From an uncultured Nitrososphaeraceae archaeon (GTDB lineage: Archaea; Thermoproteota; Nitrososphaeria; Nitrososphaerales; Nitrososphaeraceae): a DNA stretch of 64,000 bases. The notes beneath the pieces were generated by a model, which searched no databases, had not been told where the DNA came from, and was given only the letters and a program-made list of their open reading frames with translations. Where the stretch lies: positions 1 through 64,000 of the forward strand of contig CAWIMJ010000010.1 in assembly GCA_963837175.1 (NCBI GenBank), given 5' to 3'. Positions 33,630-45,770 of the stretch are shown piece by piece. Each line of letters starts with the position of its first letter. Position 1 is the stretch's first letter. The translations under genes and the position numbers were made by a program.

Positions 33630-36068
33630 ATGTCGTTCACTAATATAACTGCTAGATTTGCATTAAGTTTTCTCTTTTTGATTCTTTCTTCAATACTAGT
33701 GTTGTCCACTTTTGTGGTTTTAAATTCATATGAAGAATCTGCTGATAAAAAGAATGAGAATACATCGTCATTATTATCCTTACCCTCATCGCCCATATCC
33801 GATGTAAAAGAAGATAAAAAATCTAAGGCTCTAATCGATTCAAATACATCCTCATTCTCATCCTCTGCGTTAAAGTTAGATTCCTCAAACAAAACTTCCG
33901 ATAATAAACCAGTTAATGGAACATTAGCAGTTACGAAAAAAATTATTAACGAAGGAGGTGGCAATAAGAATCCATCGGACTTTACTATAACAGTTAATGG
34001 TAACAACCCATCGCCATCATCATTTAGAGGCAGCTCGTCCGGTACTACTGTTCAACTGTCTAAAGGTAAGTACGAGGTTACTGAATCCGGGCCTACTACT
34101 AATTATAATTCCACGTTATCTAATGAGTGCTCAGGTACTATAAACGATGGCGAAACTAAAAAATGTACTATTACCAACACTTATTCTGCATTACCTCCTC
34201 CTACCACAACTGGCAAGATAATTGTAACTAAGAAAGTTATTAACGAAGGAGGTGGCAATAAGAATCCATCTGACTTTACTATAACAGTTAATGGTAAGAA
34301 CCCATCGCCATCATCCTTTGCTGGAAGTGCTTCAGGAACCACCATCACCATAAATGAAGGTAGCTATAACGTGACAGAAAAAGAAGGCCCAGAGATATCT
34401 TATGATTACGTTCCTGGTCTCTATACTCCTAATTACTCAAGTGGTTGTGATGGTACTATACAAGGAGGCGACACTGTAAGCTGTATAATAACTAATAAGT
34501 ACAATCCATTTATTCCAGGGATATTATCTAAACTGATAGTTACGAAACAAGTTATTAACGAAGGAGGTGGCAATAAGAATCCATCTGACTTTACTATAAC
34601 AGTTAATGGTAACAACCCATCGCCATCATCCTTTGCTGGAAGTTCTTCAGGAACAACTATTAATCTGAAAGCTGGCAGCTATTCAGTTATTGAAACAGGT
34701 CCACCAGGATATACCGCTGATTATTCTGACGGTTGTATTGGCAGCATGAAAGCTGGTGCTATGAATAAATGCACTATTACTAATATGTTTCAACCTCCAG
34801 ATGAATCAGCACAACTGATAGTTATTAAGAATATTATTGATAACAATGATAAAAGTTACAGACCTGCTGTAAAATCATCTGCATTTACTATCACAGTACA
34901 TGGCAACAATCCATTACCAAGATCCTTTCCAGGAAAATCAGGAGACGGTGTAACTGTTAATTTAGATCCAGGAAGATATCGTATTACTGAAGATGAAGGA
35001 CCATCTGGATATACAACAGATTATTCAAACAGCTGCCAAGGAACAATAAGTTCTGGAGAGGCGAAGGCATGTATAATAACAAATGAAGCAATTACACCTC
35101 CACAACCGAAACCTCCATTACCTGTTCCTAATCAACCACTGTCAGTTTCAGAAACAATCAAAGGCTTTTCAGCTCCATATGGAATTGCCTTAAACCCAAA
35201 TAATGACTTGATATATGTCTCTAACTATGGCCAATTCAATACAACAGGAACAGTTTCTGTAATAAATGGTACAACTAACACCATAGTAGCAACCATTCCT
35301 GTGGGCAAAAATCCTCAGGCTATCGCTTATAATCCTGCTAATGGACTGTTTTATGTAGCCAATACGCTGTCAGGTACTTTATCGATAATAAATGGAACAA
35401 GCAATTCCTTAATAGGCTCTATAGTTGTAGGAGATTTTCCAGGAAAAAGTCCTACAGGGATTGCAGTTAATTCAATCAACAACACAATTTACGTGACAAA
35501 CATGGGTTCGAATACAGTTTCTGTAATAAATGGTACATCTAATGTTGTTGTTGATAATATAACTTCAGGTGCAGGAGGTAATTTATTTAGCCCAACAGGA
35601 ATTGCTTATGATTCAGATAATGATAATATTTATGTGCTAAACAGAGGATCAGATACAGTCTCTGTAATAAATGGTACAACTAACACATTAATTGACGAGA
35701 TATCTTTAAATGCGATCGCTCCTTCAGCCATTGTTTACAATACACTAAACAATTACATTTACGTGACAAACATGGGTTCGAATACAGTTTCTGTAATAAA
35801 TGGTACATCTAATGCGTTGGTCGAAACTATTCAAATAGGTTTAGGACCCAACGGTATTGCATTTAATCAAAATAATGGAAATGCATATGTCGCAAATTCT
35901 ATCAATGGAACCATATCAGTTATAAGCGGTTTAACAAATACAATCAGTACCACTATCCTAATAGGAATTAATAATACTCCAAGTGGTGTATCATATAATC
36001 TTAATGATGATAGCATATACACTACAAACGCTAATTCAAATACTGTTTCTGTAATCAAGAATCAATAG
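33630..36068 (+). CDS. Surface protein with four Cys-paired Ig/prealbumin-like repeats and a C-terminal YVTN/YncE beta-propeller
   Basis: N-terminal TM; repeated INEGGGNKNPSDFTITVNG...C..TI...C.ITN; Pro linker; repeated IYVTNMGSNTVSVINGT blades. Confidence 0.9.
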   Translation: MSFTNITARFALSFLFLILSSILVLSTFVVLNSYEESADKKNENTSSLLSLPSSPISDVKEDKKSKALIDSNTSSFSSSALKLDSSNKTSDNKPVNGTLAVTKKIINEGGGNKNPSDFTITVNGNNPSPSSFRGSSSGTTVQLSKGKYEVTESGPTTNYNSTLSNECSGTINDGETKKCTITNTYSALPPPTTTGKIIVTKKVINEGGGNKNPSDFTITVNGKNPSPSSFAGSASGTTITINEGSYNVTEKEGPEISYDYVPGLYTPNYSSGCDGTIQGGDTVSCIITNKYNPFIPGILSKLIVTKQVINEGGGNKNPSDFTITVNGNNPSPSSFAGSSSGTTINLKAGSYSVIETGPPGYTADYSDGCIGSMKAGAMNKCTITNMFQPPDESAQLIVIKNIIDNNDKSYRPAVKSSAFTITVHGNNPLPRSFPGKSGDGVTVNLDPGRYRITEDEGPSGYTTDYSNSCQGTISSGEAKACIITNEAITPPQPKPPLPVPNQPLSVSETIKGFSAPYGIALNPNNDLIYVSNYGQFNTTGTVSVINGTTNTIVATIPVGKNPQAIAYNPANGLFYVANTLSGTLSIINGTSNSLIGSIVVGDFPGKSPTGIAVNSINNTIYVTNMGSNTVSVINGTSNVVVDNITSGAGGNLFSPTGIAYDSDNDNIYVLNRGSDTVSVINGTTNTLIDEISLNAIAPSAIVYNTLNNYIYVTNMGSNTVSVINGTSNALVETIQIGLGPNGIAFNQNNGNAYVANSINGTISVISGLTNTISTTILIGINNTPSGVSYNLNDDSIYTTNANSNTVSVIKNQ

Positions 36069-36222
36069 CAACTAAAGTCACTGCCCCTCGTATTGCGTCT
36101 AGATGGTGTTATAATGAGCGTAATACAAAAGGAATTTTGTTTTTCATAACTTAAATATTTAAAAGAAATTGGTTCGTATACACAAGTTGATATTTAAATA
36201 AAGTGCTAAACTAACTTTTTAG

Positions 36223-37086
36223 ATGTCAACAATGAAATACATAGTAATTGAATTACAGACCAACGATATTGCTATTATAAAAATTAATAGGCCTGATGTA
36301 TTGAATGCTCTTAACAAAGAGGTTATTGCAGAATTATATAGAGCAATAGATATTGTTGCTCTAGATGATTCCATAAAGGTTGTGATTATTACCGGTACAG
36401 GTGTAAGGTCCTTTTGTGCAGGTGCAGATATTAGATATGTAGTAAATATTAATCCTATTGAAGCAGAAAGATATGCAAATTTAATTCATACTTTACTTAA
36501 TAAAATAGAGAATTTAGAAAAGCCAATTATTGCTGCAATTAATGGTTACGCTTTGGGAGGAGGTTGTGAACTTGCATTGGCATGTGATATTAGAATAGCA
36601 TCAAGTAATGCTAAGATAGGCCAAACAGAAGTTACAATTGGTATTCCTCCAGGCTGGGGAGGAACTCAGAGATTATTAAGAATCGTTGGTCCAGCTAAAG
36701 CGAAGGAATTAATCTTTACAGGCAAGATGATAACAGCAAAGGAAGCAGAAGGAATTGGGCTTGTTAATAAAGTAGTAAGTCTAGGATCTGAGGATAATTT
36801 ACCTCCAGAAGTATCGAAAGATGACGCAGTTAAAGAAAAGGAAAGATCTGCAGAAGTAGCAAAGATTCTCAACAAAAAGTTTATGGAACAATGTCTCTCA
36901 TTTGCAAAAGAGATTACAAAGAATAGTGTTAGTGCCATCAAAACCAGCAAAATGTTAATCAATAAAGGAATGGATATAGATATTGATACAGGCTTACGTT
37001 TGGAAATATATGGGTGGGCATTATGCTTCTCACATGAAGATAGAAAGAAAATGATGTCTGCATTTTTGAATAAGAAAAAGAAATAG
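36223..37086 (+). CDS. Enoyl-CoA hydratase; candidate 3-hydroxypropionyl-CoA dehydratase/crotonyl-CoA hydratase of the HP/HB cycle
   Basis: NRPDVLNAL, FCAGADI, GYALGGGCELALACD, PGWGGTQRL; pathway role is inference from likely taxon. Confidence 0.92.
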   Translation: MSTMKYIVIELQTNDIAIIKINRPDVLNALNKEVIAELYRAIDIVALDDSIKVVIITGTGVRSFCAGADIRYVVNINPIEAERYANLIHTLLNKIENLEKPIIAAINGYALGGGCELALACDIRIASSNAKIGQTEVTIGIPPGWGGTQRLLRIVGPAKAKELIFTGKMITAKEAEGIGLVNKVVSLGSEDNLPPEVSKDDAVKEKERSAEVAKILNKKFMEQCLSFAKEITKNSVSAIKTSKMLINKGMDIDIDTGLRLEIYGWALCFSHEDRKKMMSAFLNKKKK

Positions 37087-37226
37087 AAAAAGAAAATGTG
37101 ATTAATTTCTATCAGCAAAAATTATAATTTACCCTTTTTTAATTATCAGAATCAGTTTTATTATAGTTAACTTCTTAGACTCCTTTCTCCTCTAATGATG
37201 CTATTATCACAAATGTTCCTTGTCAT

Positions 37227-37628
37227 ATGACGTTTTCCAGCTGTGTAAGCTCTTGCAATCAAAGATGGCAAGACCTCTTTAAACCGTATGGAGTAGACCT
37301 TGTATTGCAAGGACATAATCACAGCTATCAGAGGACATATCCTATCAAATTCAATAGCACTAGTCCATCAAATCCAATAGAAACCAGTACAAATACAACC
37401 AGCCATACAGATCCTGATTGGCAGATATTTGTTATAGTAGGAACTGGAGCTAAGAATCTTGTTCCTTTTATAGGTAAAGAAGATTATTTTATTAAGCAGT
37501 ATCTAAGATTTGGTATAGTTAATGTGGACGTATCACATAATGGAAGAACACTAACAGGCAAGTTTTATGCTAATAATAATCGGACGACAATAAATGAATT
37601 TACCATAATGCCATCTCGTACTGCTTAA
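37227..37628 (+). pseudogene. Metallophosphoesterase C-terminal remnant
   Basis: YGVDLVLQGHNHSYQRTYP and IVGTGA; N-terminal motifs absent. Confidence 0.78.
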
Positions 37629-38121
37629 TATTACTCTTAATATTACTAATGCGTTAATAATAATTATATTAATTCATACACTCATAATCAATCATATTTT
37701 GACAATGTTTAAGAGAATAAGTTAACTATACTGTTTTCCTTTTCTTAACTATTATTTTTATTATTATACGTTGTTTGATGAAGGCATGCACATTTATCTA
37801 GATCCACTATAGGAAATCACCGATCAATCAATTCGTTGTCTAAGTAATGTGCATCAATTGCTGCACTTCTTTTTCTTAATTAAATCATGAATATTCTCTA
37901 CAAACAGGAACATTGGTTGTTTACTGCAAAAGGATTGATAGAGTCTTCGCCAGTTTATGTGCATAGCTTGTTTCTTCTTTGCTATTGTTGGTGACTTCGG
38001 TTGTTGCTGTGTATATTTTTAATATAGTTGCTACGAGGAACAGGAATTTTTTGCATTGGCATTCTATTCTCTGTATTTCATAAAATAAAGACAAAAGAAA
38101 TTATATCTTGCTATGATATGA

Positions 38122-38436
38122 TTATCCTGGTTTTATTGGATTTGCATTCTCTGATACTGAAGTGTCATTTGCAGCTTGTATAGACGTTCCCTGTGGTTTT
38201 ATTGGAGTTGTTATATTACCAGCAGTTGAAGGAGTTGCATTCTCTGATACTGAAGTGTCATTTGCAGCTTGTATAGACGTTCCCTGTGGTTTTATTGGAG
38301 TTGTTATATTACTAGCAGTTGATCCAGGTCTATTTTCTTGGGGATCACTCCTTTGATTAGTTTGTGCAAATACAGGCATAGTTATTGCTATTGAAACAAT
38401 AACAACAATTGTTAAAGCCACTGTTGTTTCTTTCAT
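38122..38436 (-). CDS. Small secreted Ser/Thr-rich protein with a 31-aa internal duplication
   Basis: Signal peptide; 93-bp period repeat starting at 38142 and 38235; several N-x-T sequons. Confidence 0.8.
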   Translation of the reverse strand: MKETTVALTIVVIVSIAITMPVFAQTNQRSDPQENRPGSTASNITTPIKPQGTSIQAANDTSVSENATPSTAGNITTPIKPQGTSIQAANDTSVSENANPIKPG

Positions 38437-39079
38437 ATACTACTAAATATAAATAATACATATAATATATTAATAGCGACTGAAAGAGGCAATAGAATTA
38501 AATAAAAGCTCTGCATCGACGTTGATGCTATGGTCTAAAGTTATAAAGAAGCGTGTCCCCAATACTATAATAATTGTGGCGTTTTAAGAAATAATAATAT
38601 TCAACATTTTCCAAGGCCCTTTACAATATTTTATCTTTTATTCAATTCTGATAGATATTTAGAACTTTAAGTTAAAGCAGTCAAGATATATATATTCATA
38701 TAATCCTCATTCGCCCATATCATGTTTTAAATCTCATCATATTTCCTTTATTGAATTGTGGCCATAATCCAGAACACGAAAAATTGTCGTACATTTACTA
38801 CAATGGTAATACAACTTTGTAATTGAAGAGATATAAAAACATCCCATGAACAATTTGAATGTCCAATATTAAATGCACGACTATCCATAGTATTAAGATA
38901 TCATATAAAGTTAAAATCAAGGTCATTGGTTTTGATATATCATTTTATTACTAACTAACAAAGAGGAAATTAAATCAGTATAGTTAGTGAGGTCAGTAGG
39001 ATTAGATTCGTTCTTGCAAAAGGTTCTATTGAACCCATATTCAGATTTTTAAGATTCTTCAGAATTTAGTGCAAAAATT

Positions 39080-41882
39080 TTACTCTTTTCTAATCTTGAT
39101 ATCTAAAATTGGTGGTTTACTTGACCATTCCTTTATCCATTCTCTCATAATACTAGCACATCTTTCAGCCTCTCTTCTTACAAATCCGTCCAAATCGTGT
39201 TCGGCAACGTATATCAATGCATCTATGGCTTCAAATATCTTAAAGTCAGGCATACTTGGTTTAACCTCGTTGTCTGCAAGTGCTTTACATGCATTGATTT
39301 TTACTTTCCGACGTTTATCCTTTAATAATCTCAAGAGCTGGTTCAATACTTTTCGATTCATTTCGTCTAGCTTTGCATTCTTTTCATCATTATCATCATT
39401 GTTCTTTGCTGTACGTAGAAATTTGGATAAAGCAGAAGTCGCAGATAGCCTTTTGAAGTATTCGTTATTAGAATCAGTATTTACAATAAGGAAATTTGCA
39501 ATGTCTACTACAATATCTTTATCATTGTCTTTTGAGAATTCTTTTAATCCATCAATAGCACCGCTTGCAATAACATTTCGAAATGATTCAGATATTTTTA
39601 CATTCTCTTTCAGTAGTGATATTATCTTTTCTTTTTTTATGTTATCAGGGGAAGATATCTCATTCTTGCTACTTTTTCCAATTGCTGTTGCGGCATTTGC
39701 TCGAAGAAAATAGCTCTCTTCTAGTTGATATAATAGTGACTCAAGCAAATTGGTTGATTCTTTTCTTTCAAATTGTCCTATATTTCGAACTATTGCTTGT
39801 TTAACTTCAGGATGCAATCTAGAAAATATTGCTTTGTTATTAAGACACGAGAAAAGTGCCTGATATGCTTTATTCGTCTTAGCATAATTATTTTTTTCAT
39901 GATACGATCCGAGTGTATTTGCAGCTTCTATGGATACCCCATAAAAAGGGTCTGCTATAACTTCATTTTGTAGTTCATCTACTACATCATCTGAATATTG
40001 ATTCTTGAGTATTCGTGCAGCTTCTATTCTTTCAATTATTGATCTTCCTTTACGTAATTGATTTTTGAGCATCTCTCCCAGTTGAAATTTATTCGTTTCA
40101 TTTGTAATTTTTACAGATTTTATTTCTTTCAATATTTTAAATTGCGGATCTATAGATATCCATTCTATTCTGGCATCATTCGGAAGTTCGATTGAGTGCT
40201 CTGTTATTCTTTCGGATACATGAATTGATACTAGATCGCTTTTACTATTATTGTTTTCAATATTGGTAGTACCAGAAAAAACTATCCTTACATCAAGGGT
40301 GAACTCAAATAGATCCCAACAATCAGCGTTATCACGTTCAGTATTACTATTACTACAATTCCCTCCATTATCTTCTCTTTTTCTTTGCGTAATTTTGATT
40401 TTTATTATTGAGTCTTTTACCAAAGAAAATTCTATGTCAAGTTCAGGATGACCTGATCGATAAACCCACTGATCAAAGAATCGATGCATGCTCCTCCTTG
40501 AGACATCTTCAACAATTTTAAGTAGGTCGTCAGTTTCCGTAGTGTTATTTTTGTATGTAACGAGATAATTATTTATAGATTTTCTAAAGTTATTGTCACC
40601 AATATCGTTACGTAACATATGCAAAATGCAAGCCCCTTTTTCATAAGAATGAGTATCAAATAGATCATCAGGATGCTTGTATATTCTTGTTACAATTGGC
40701 CGCTTGTAAAGGTGTCTTGACTCTTCGAAGATAGTCGTCTGCTATTTTCATTACCTTGTAGCAGAACTCATCATGTCCTTTGATACTTTCCCAATACAAT
40801 GTCTCACAATAGGTGGCAAAACCTTCGTTAAGCCATATGTTTGACCAATCTCTACACGTTACCAAGTCACCAAACCATTGATGAGCAAGCTCGTGTGAAA
40901 CAACATCGATGTCCCTTGTGTAGTCAATTGCTGCTATTTCATCATGTAAGATATGTTTTGTTAAGATAGTACAATTTGTATTTTCCATACCTCCAAACTC
41001 AAATTCCTCTACTGCGACTTGCAAATACTTTTTGTATGGATATTTCATACCAAAATATCCTTCAAAAAATCTCATCATGATTGGAGTATTTACAAAAGTT
41101 AACATAGCATCTCTTTTTGATATATCTTTGGGCCAATAATATAATAACGAAATGCAATTCCTGCTGCTTCCATCATCATCATGATAACGATATTCTTGTT
41201 GTTCCTGAGCAAATTTACCTATAACAATGGATGTAAGATATGCAGGAGTCGGATTTAGCTCTATCCATGTCCACGTATTTCCTTCTCGACGTGCTAGTTC
41301 ACCATTAGATATAACAATAAAATCATTTGTCGGAACAGTAACTTGAATTTCCCGTGGAAACTTGACTTGAGGATCATCAAGACATGGAAACCAATATTTT
41401 GATTCTAATGCTTGTCCTTGCGTCCACGCTTGTTTATCTGAGGAGCATTTGCTAGAAGATATAAAATGAAATCCGCTTCTCGGTGTGTAAATACCAAATA
41501 CACCATCTTTGCGATAATAGCCAGCAGAATATCTAATAGTAAGATCTACCCTATTGCCTTTTTGTAATATTTGCCCAAGTTTGATAACCAGCTTATCGTC
41601 CTTTTTTAAAGTATCAAAAGATATTACATGAATATTATCAGAAGAAGATGTTACTTGGTATACATCTATTTCTGCAATGTCAAGCTTAATTTCGTTTATG
41701 TCTTCTAATGCAATAATTTTTAGTTTCTGTCTACAGTCTTTGAGAGAATCAGAATCAAAATCAGGTTTTATCTTAAGTATCATATACTCAATGGTAAAAG
41801 ATAATAGTTGAGGATAGTGGGGTATACTTCCTGGAAATTCAAATTTTTTGATTTTAATGGAAGAAACACTGCCTTTTTGCAT
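39080..41882 (-). pseudogene. pepN: M1 family aminopeptidase N with HEAT repeats, split by one extra base at about 40730 (probable sequencing error)
   Basis: GGMEN, HELAHQWFG, WLNEGFA; shifted frame gives YFEESRHLYKRPIV...SYEKGACILHMLR joining the downstream ORF. Confidence 0.9.
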
Positions 41883-43180
41883 ATTGATATAACCACTATC
41901 CTACTTACACAGTTCGTATTAAGGATTGAGATGGGATATATGATTTGTGTGTGCATGGATGTATGCATATACAGCCACTCTTCTTTGCTATCGGACAAAC
42001 TTATAGAGTCATTACGAAGGTATAGAATTTTTTGATATATTTCAAAAATGGGTTAAAGCATGTGTATGATATTTCTATACTTCTATTCTTCAGTTATATT
42101 ATTCTACCAAGCATGATATGGCTTAGCATTTTTACCGACTTCTCATATTCTACTCTCAATTGAATAAAACATATTTTCTATAGCATCAACTCCGGCGTCT
42201 ACGTATAGGTCTACCAATTTCTTCTAATCTTTTCTTCTTTGCTTCAAAATCAGAATCATTATGATTTTCTATACAATAAGTAAGAATATCCTAAAGTTCT
42301 TCCTATAACTATGCATCCAATTTTCTTTATTCATTTCCTTATTATTTTGCCTTACCCTCTTAATATATTCTAACCAATTTTTATCTTGACGGACCCAGTT
42401 GTTATTTATCCTTTCTTCATCATAAATGGTACTTCCTGAAATGGTGTTTTTAATATCATGTCTTTTATACATTAACTTAAATCTCTACCACCATGTTTTG
42501 CACTTCCATTATAAAGCGACAGTTCTTTATCAAAATATGCTGAACTTTCACTTTTCTTTAACCTTTCTAATATTGCACCTAATTCACTTTGCTTTTTGAC
42601 AGGCATATAGGAAGATTTGATTTCCTAATCCAATTCTATACCTCTTCTGAAATATTATCAATAGAAAGTTGATTTCTGCGTAGCATATCTATGGAGATCT
42701 GTTGTATCCATTATTATAGTCCAGGGATTAGGTTCCAATATATAGAAGGTTTGATATTCTGCCATTTAGATTTTGATTCATGTTAGTGAAATAGCCTTAC
42801 ATCCATTATCAAGAGCAACCGATCTTGAGTTTTATATAGTTATTTCAGTATCCTTAACATGTCTTTACTTTTTTCTCATTGCAATAGATTTCCAATCAGT
42901 TTTAACGATTGGTCTTTCTTTCCATTTTGAATGTAGCATATGCAGACAATAATGCTGCAATAGCTCCTTAACCACCAGAGACAATGTCGTGTTCTATGGA
43001 ACTCTGAAAGTGATAGACAGACAGAGTTGACTTAACTTGACTACTCAAAAAAATGAGTAATATGCTAATATTATATTTGATTTTTTCATTTTAGTGCATA
43101 ATGACTTTCAGCATGGGTTAACATGGACACTCACACTCTCACTGTTGATTAATATAAAGGTAAATGGCAACTCCAGGATA

Positions 43181-43672
43181 ATGGTAAATAGAACTCACAT
43201 AACGACCCAGTTTGGGGATATTGAACTAGAATTCTATTCTGATGTTGCACCAAAGACAGTTGAAAATTTTAAAAAATTGGCAGAGAATAGATTTTATGAT
43301 GGATTAATATTTCATAGAATTGTACCAGGGTTTGTAATACAGGGAGGGGATCCTCATACAAGAGATACTAGCGACAGAGGAAGGTGGGGAACCGGTGGCC
43401 CCGGCTGGACTATAAAAGCAGAATTTAACAAAAATAAGCATTCTCGTGGTGCAATATCTATGGCAAGATCACAAGATCCGGATAGTGCCGGATCACAATT
43501 TTTTATAGTCTTACAGGATTCATACTTTTTGGATGGCCAATATACTGTCTTTGGAAGGGTGATATCTGGAATGGACATAGTAGACAAAATATCTTCGTTA
43601 AAAACAGATTCTAAAGATGCACCCATTGACCCAGATCAGGCAAGGATGATAACGGTTACTGTTAGAGATTAG
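43181..43672 (+). CDS. Cyclophilin-type peptidyl-prolyl cis-trans isomerase
   Basis: FYDGLIFHRIVPGFVIQGGDP, SMAR, SAGSQFFI, LDGQYTVFG; ATG at 43181. Confidence 0.95.
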   Translation: MVNRTHITTQFGDIELEFYSDVAPKTVENFKKLAENRFYDGLIFHRIVPGFVIQGGDPHTRDTSDRGRWGTGGPGWTIKAEFNKNKHSRGAISMARSQDPDSAGSQFFIVLQDSYFLDGQYTVFGRVISGMDIVDKISSLKTDSKDAPIDPDQARMITVTVRD

Positions 43673-43872
43673 ACTTGTCTACGAATACTGATCGAATAAT
43701 TGCTTATGTAAGTATCAAAATAGATGGCAGCTATTAACAAAAATTTAGAAAAAGCTTAAAGCAATAAGATAATACAAAATCTAATATAGTGTTTCTAATT
43801 TCAATATTCAAGATAACATAAGGAGTATGATACACAGATAACTCAATGATGTACTAATTATTACAGATATCA

Positions 43873-44330
43873 TCAGAAACATTCGGAGGAATGTAATTTG
43901 ATTCGACGGAACCTTGATGGTGTATTAGTAATCATCTATTATTATTGTTGGTGTTGTTGTTATCTTCGTTAATATTCTCACGTTTGAATATATTTGTAGC
44001 AATTACACCCATGCTGATATGGTTTTCATTGACAATAGTTTCAATGTTTTCTAAACAAACGACTATTGTTATATTTTCAAATATCTTTATCTTTGTATTT
44101 GTAATCATATACTTTATCATCTCAGTATTTTGAAATATTCTAATCCAACTATCTCGTATTGCAATCCAACCTGTATCCAAATCCCAACCAGGATGAAAAC
44201 AGACTATGTTATCAGTAAGATCCCACACTTCTTCCATTTTTTGAAGGGACAAACTTTAAAATGCTTGGTAAAACCTTACGTTGCTGTTCTCTATTGCTTT
44301 TTCTTCTTCTTTGGTACATTTATTACGCAT
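43873..44330 (-). pseudogene. SnoaL/NTF2-like protein with two in-frame nonsense codons
   Basis: MRNK...NVRFYQAF*SLSLQKMEEVW...CFHPGW...ATNIF...R*LLIHHQGS. Confidence 0.78.
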
Positions 44331-44628
44331 TTAATTAACTCATACAAGTTTTATTAGATAAATTAGTTTTTACATAATAATATAGTTAGTTAATAATCAT
44401 CATATGTTAATGATTCAGGTTTTGTTGCAATGACTCTACTAAGGCAAATATGTAAAGTTTAGACATTAATTGAAAGTCTGCAAATATTTCAATTTGAGAT
44501 TGTATGGAATTCAGCTATTCCAAGATGCGAAGTAAATTATCATCATAAGTTATATTAACAAAGTATAAACAATGAAAATGATATAAAGAAATGTATCTAT
44601 ATAACTGATAGATTAATTGATATGATTA

Positions 44629-45351
44629 ATGATGGTTGAACACGAGCAAGTTAGTTATCATCATGATATTGTCAAGATAGCTGTTGATAATGATGATGAG
44701 CAGCAGAATATAATTGAAGGTAACTTAACTCTACCTAACACTACTATTGATACTAAAGGAACTGTTATATTTGCTCATGGAAGTGGCAACAGCAGACATA
44801 GTTCAAGAAATCAATATGTTGCTCAGGTGTTAAACAAAGCTGGTATTGCTACACTACTAATTGACCTTCTTACAAACGAAGAGGAAAATATAGATGATAT
44901 GACCAAAGAGTATAGATTCAATATTAGATTGCTTGCCAGACGACTTTTGATTTCCACTGACTGGCTTTCACAATATCCTAAACTTCGAAATTTGAATATT
45001 GGATATTTTGGTGCTAGTACGGGTGCAGCAGGAGCATTAGTTGCAGCTTCAGAACGGACAAATGCTATCAGTGCAGTTGTATCACGTGGGGGCAGACCAA
45101 ATCTGGCCGGTCAAGAAGTTCTAAATCACATTCAATCTCCAACACTTTTAATTGTAGGAGAAAATGACAAACAAGTAATTCAATTAAATGAACAGGCACT
45201 CAAACAACTCGGTAGGCTAGAAAAAAAGAAGAAGATGATAATAGTTCCAGGAGCCACACATCTTTTTGAAGAAGCAGGAGCACTCGAAGAGGTTGCAAGG
45301 CTGGCTAGTGGCTGGTTTGAGTGTTTCTTTATGGAAAAGAGGAAGGCATAG
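44629..45351 (+). CDS. Dienelactone hydrolase-like alpha/beta hydrolase
   Basis: FAHGSG.SRHS.RN, GYFGASTG, VVSRGGRP, GATHLFEE. Confidence 0.9.
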   Translation: MMVEHEQVSYHHDIVKIAVDNDDEQQNIIEGNLTLPNTTIDTKGTVIFAHGSGNSRHSSRNQYVAQVLNKAGIATLLIDLLTNEEENIDDMTKEYRFNIRLLARRLLISTDWLSQYPKLRNLNIGYFGASTGAAGALVAASERTNAISAVVSRGGRPNLAGQEVLNHIQSPTLLIVGENDKQVIQLNEQALKQLGRLEKKKKMIIVPGATHLFEEAGALEEVARLASGWFECFFMEKRKA

Positions 45352-45649
45352 TCAGCCACCAATAATAGCAATATATGGAGAAAACTAGTAGTAATAGTTA
45401 CATATTGCCTGCTAACAATTGGGTAAAAATTGACATATTGCCTGCTGATAAATATATGGAAACAGTTTGTAGGATTGTTTAGTAGGAGTTCCAAAATGAA
45501 AAAGCCGCTATCTACATAATTGATTTATATGCCTTACTTATATCCAATTTACTGTCTACATATTTTGTTAGACAGTCTAGAATTAACAGGTATTTAGTGA
45601 TGTTTAGGACAAATTTGCAGAGATAATATGTTTCGACAAGCAGTAATTT

Positions 45650-45770
45650 CAAAACATGTCGAAGCTTTTAAAACCGCGATAGAAAATAAGATTGGTAAAG
45701 TAATTGACGCATATTATATACTTGGAAATTATGATGATATATATCCATAATGGAGGCGCCTGCTGATATT
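45650..45770 (+). pseudogene. GYD-domain protein remnant
   Basis: VEAFKTAIENKIGKVIDAYYILGNYD fragment. Confidence 0.5.
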
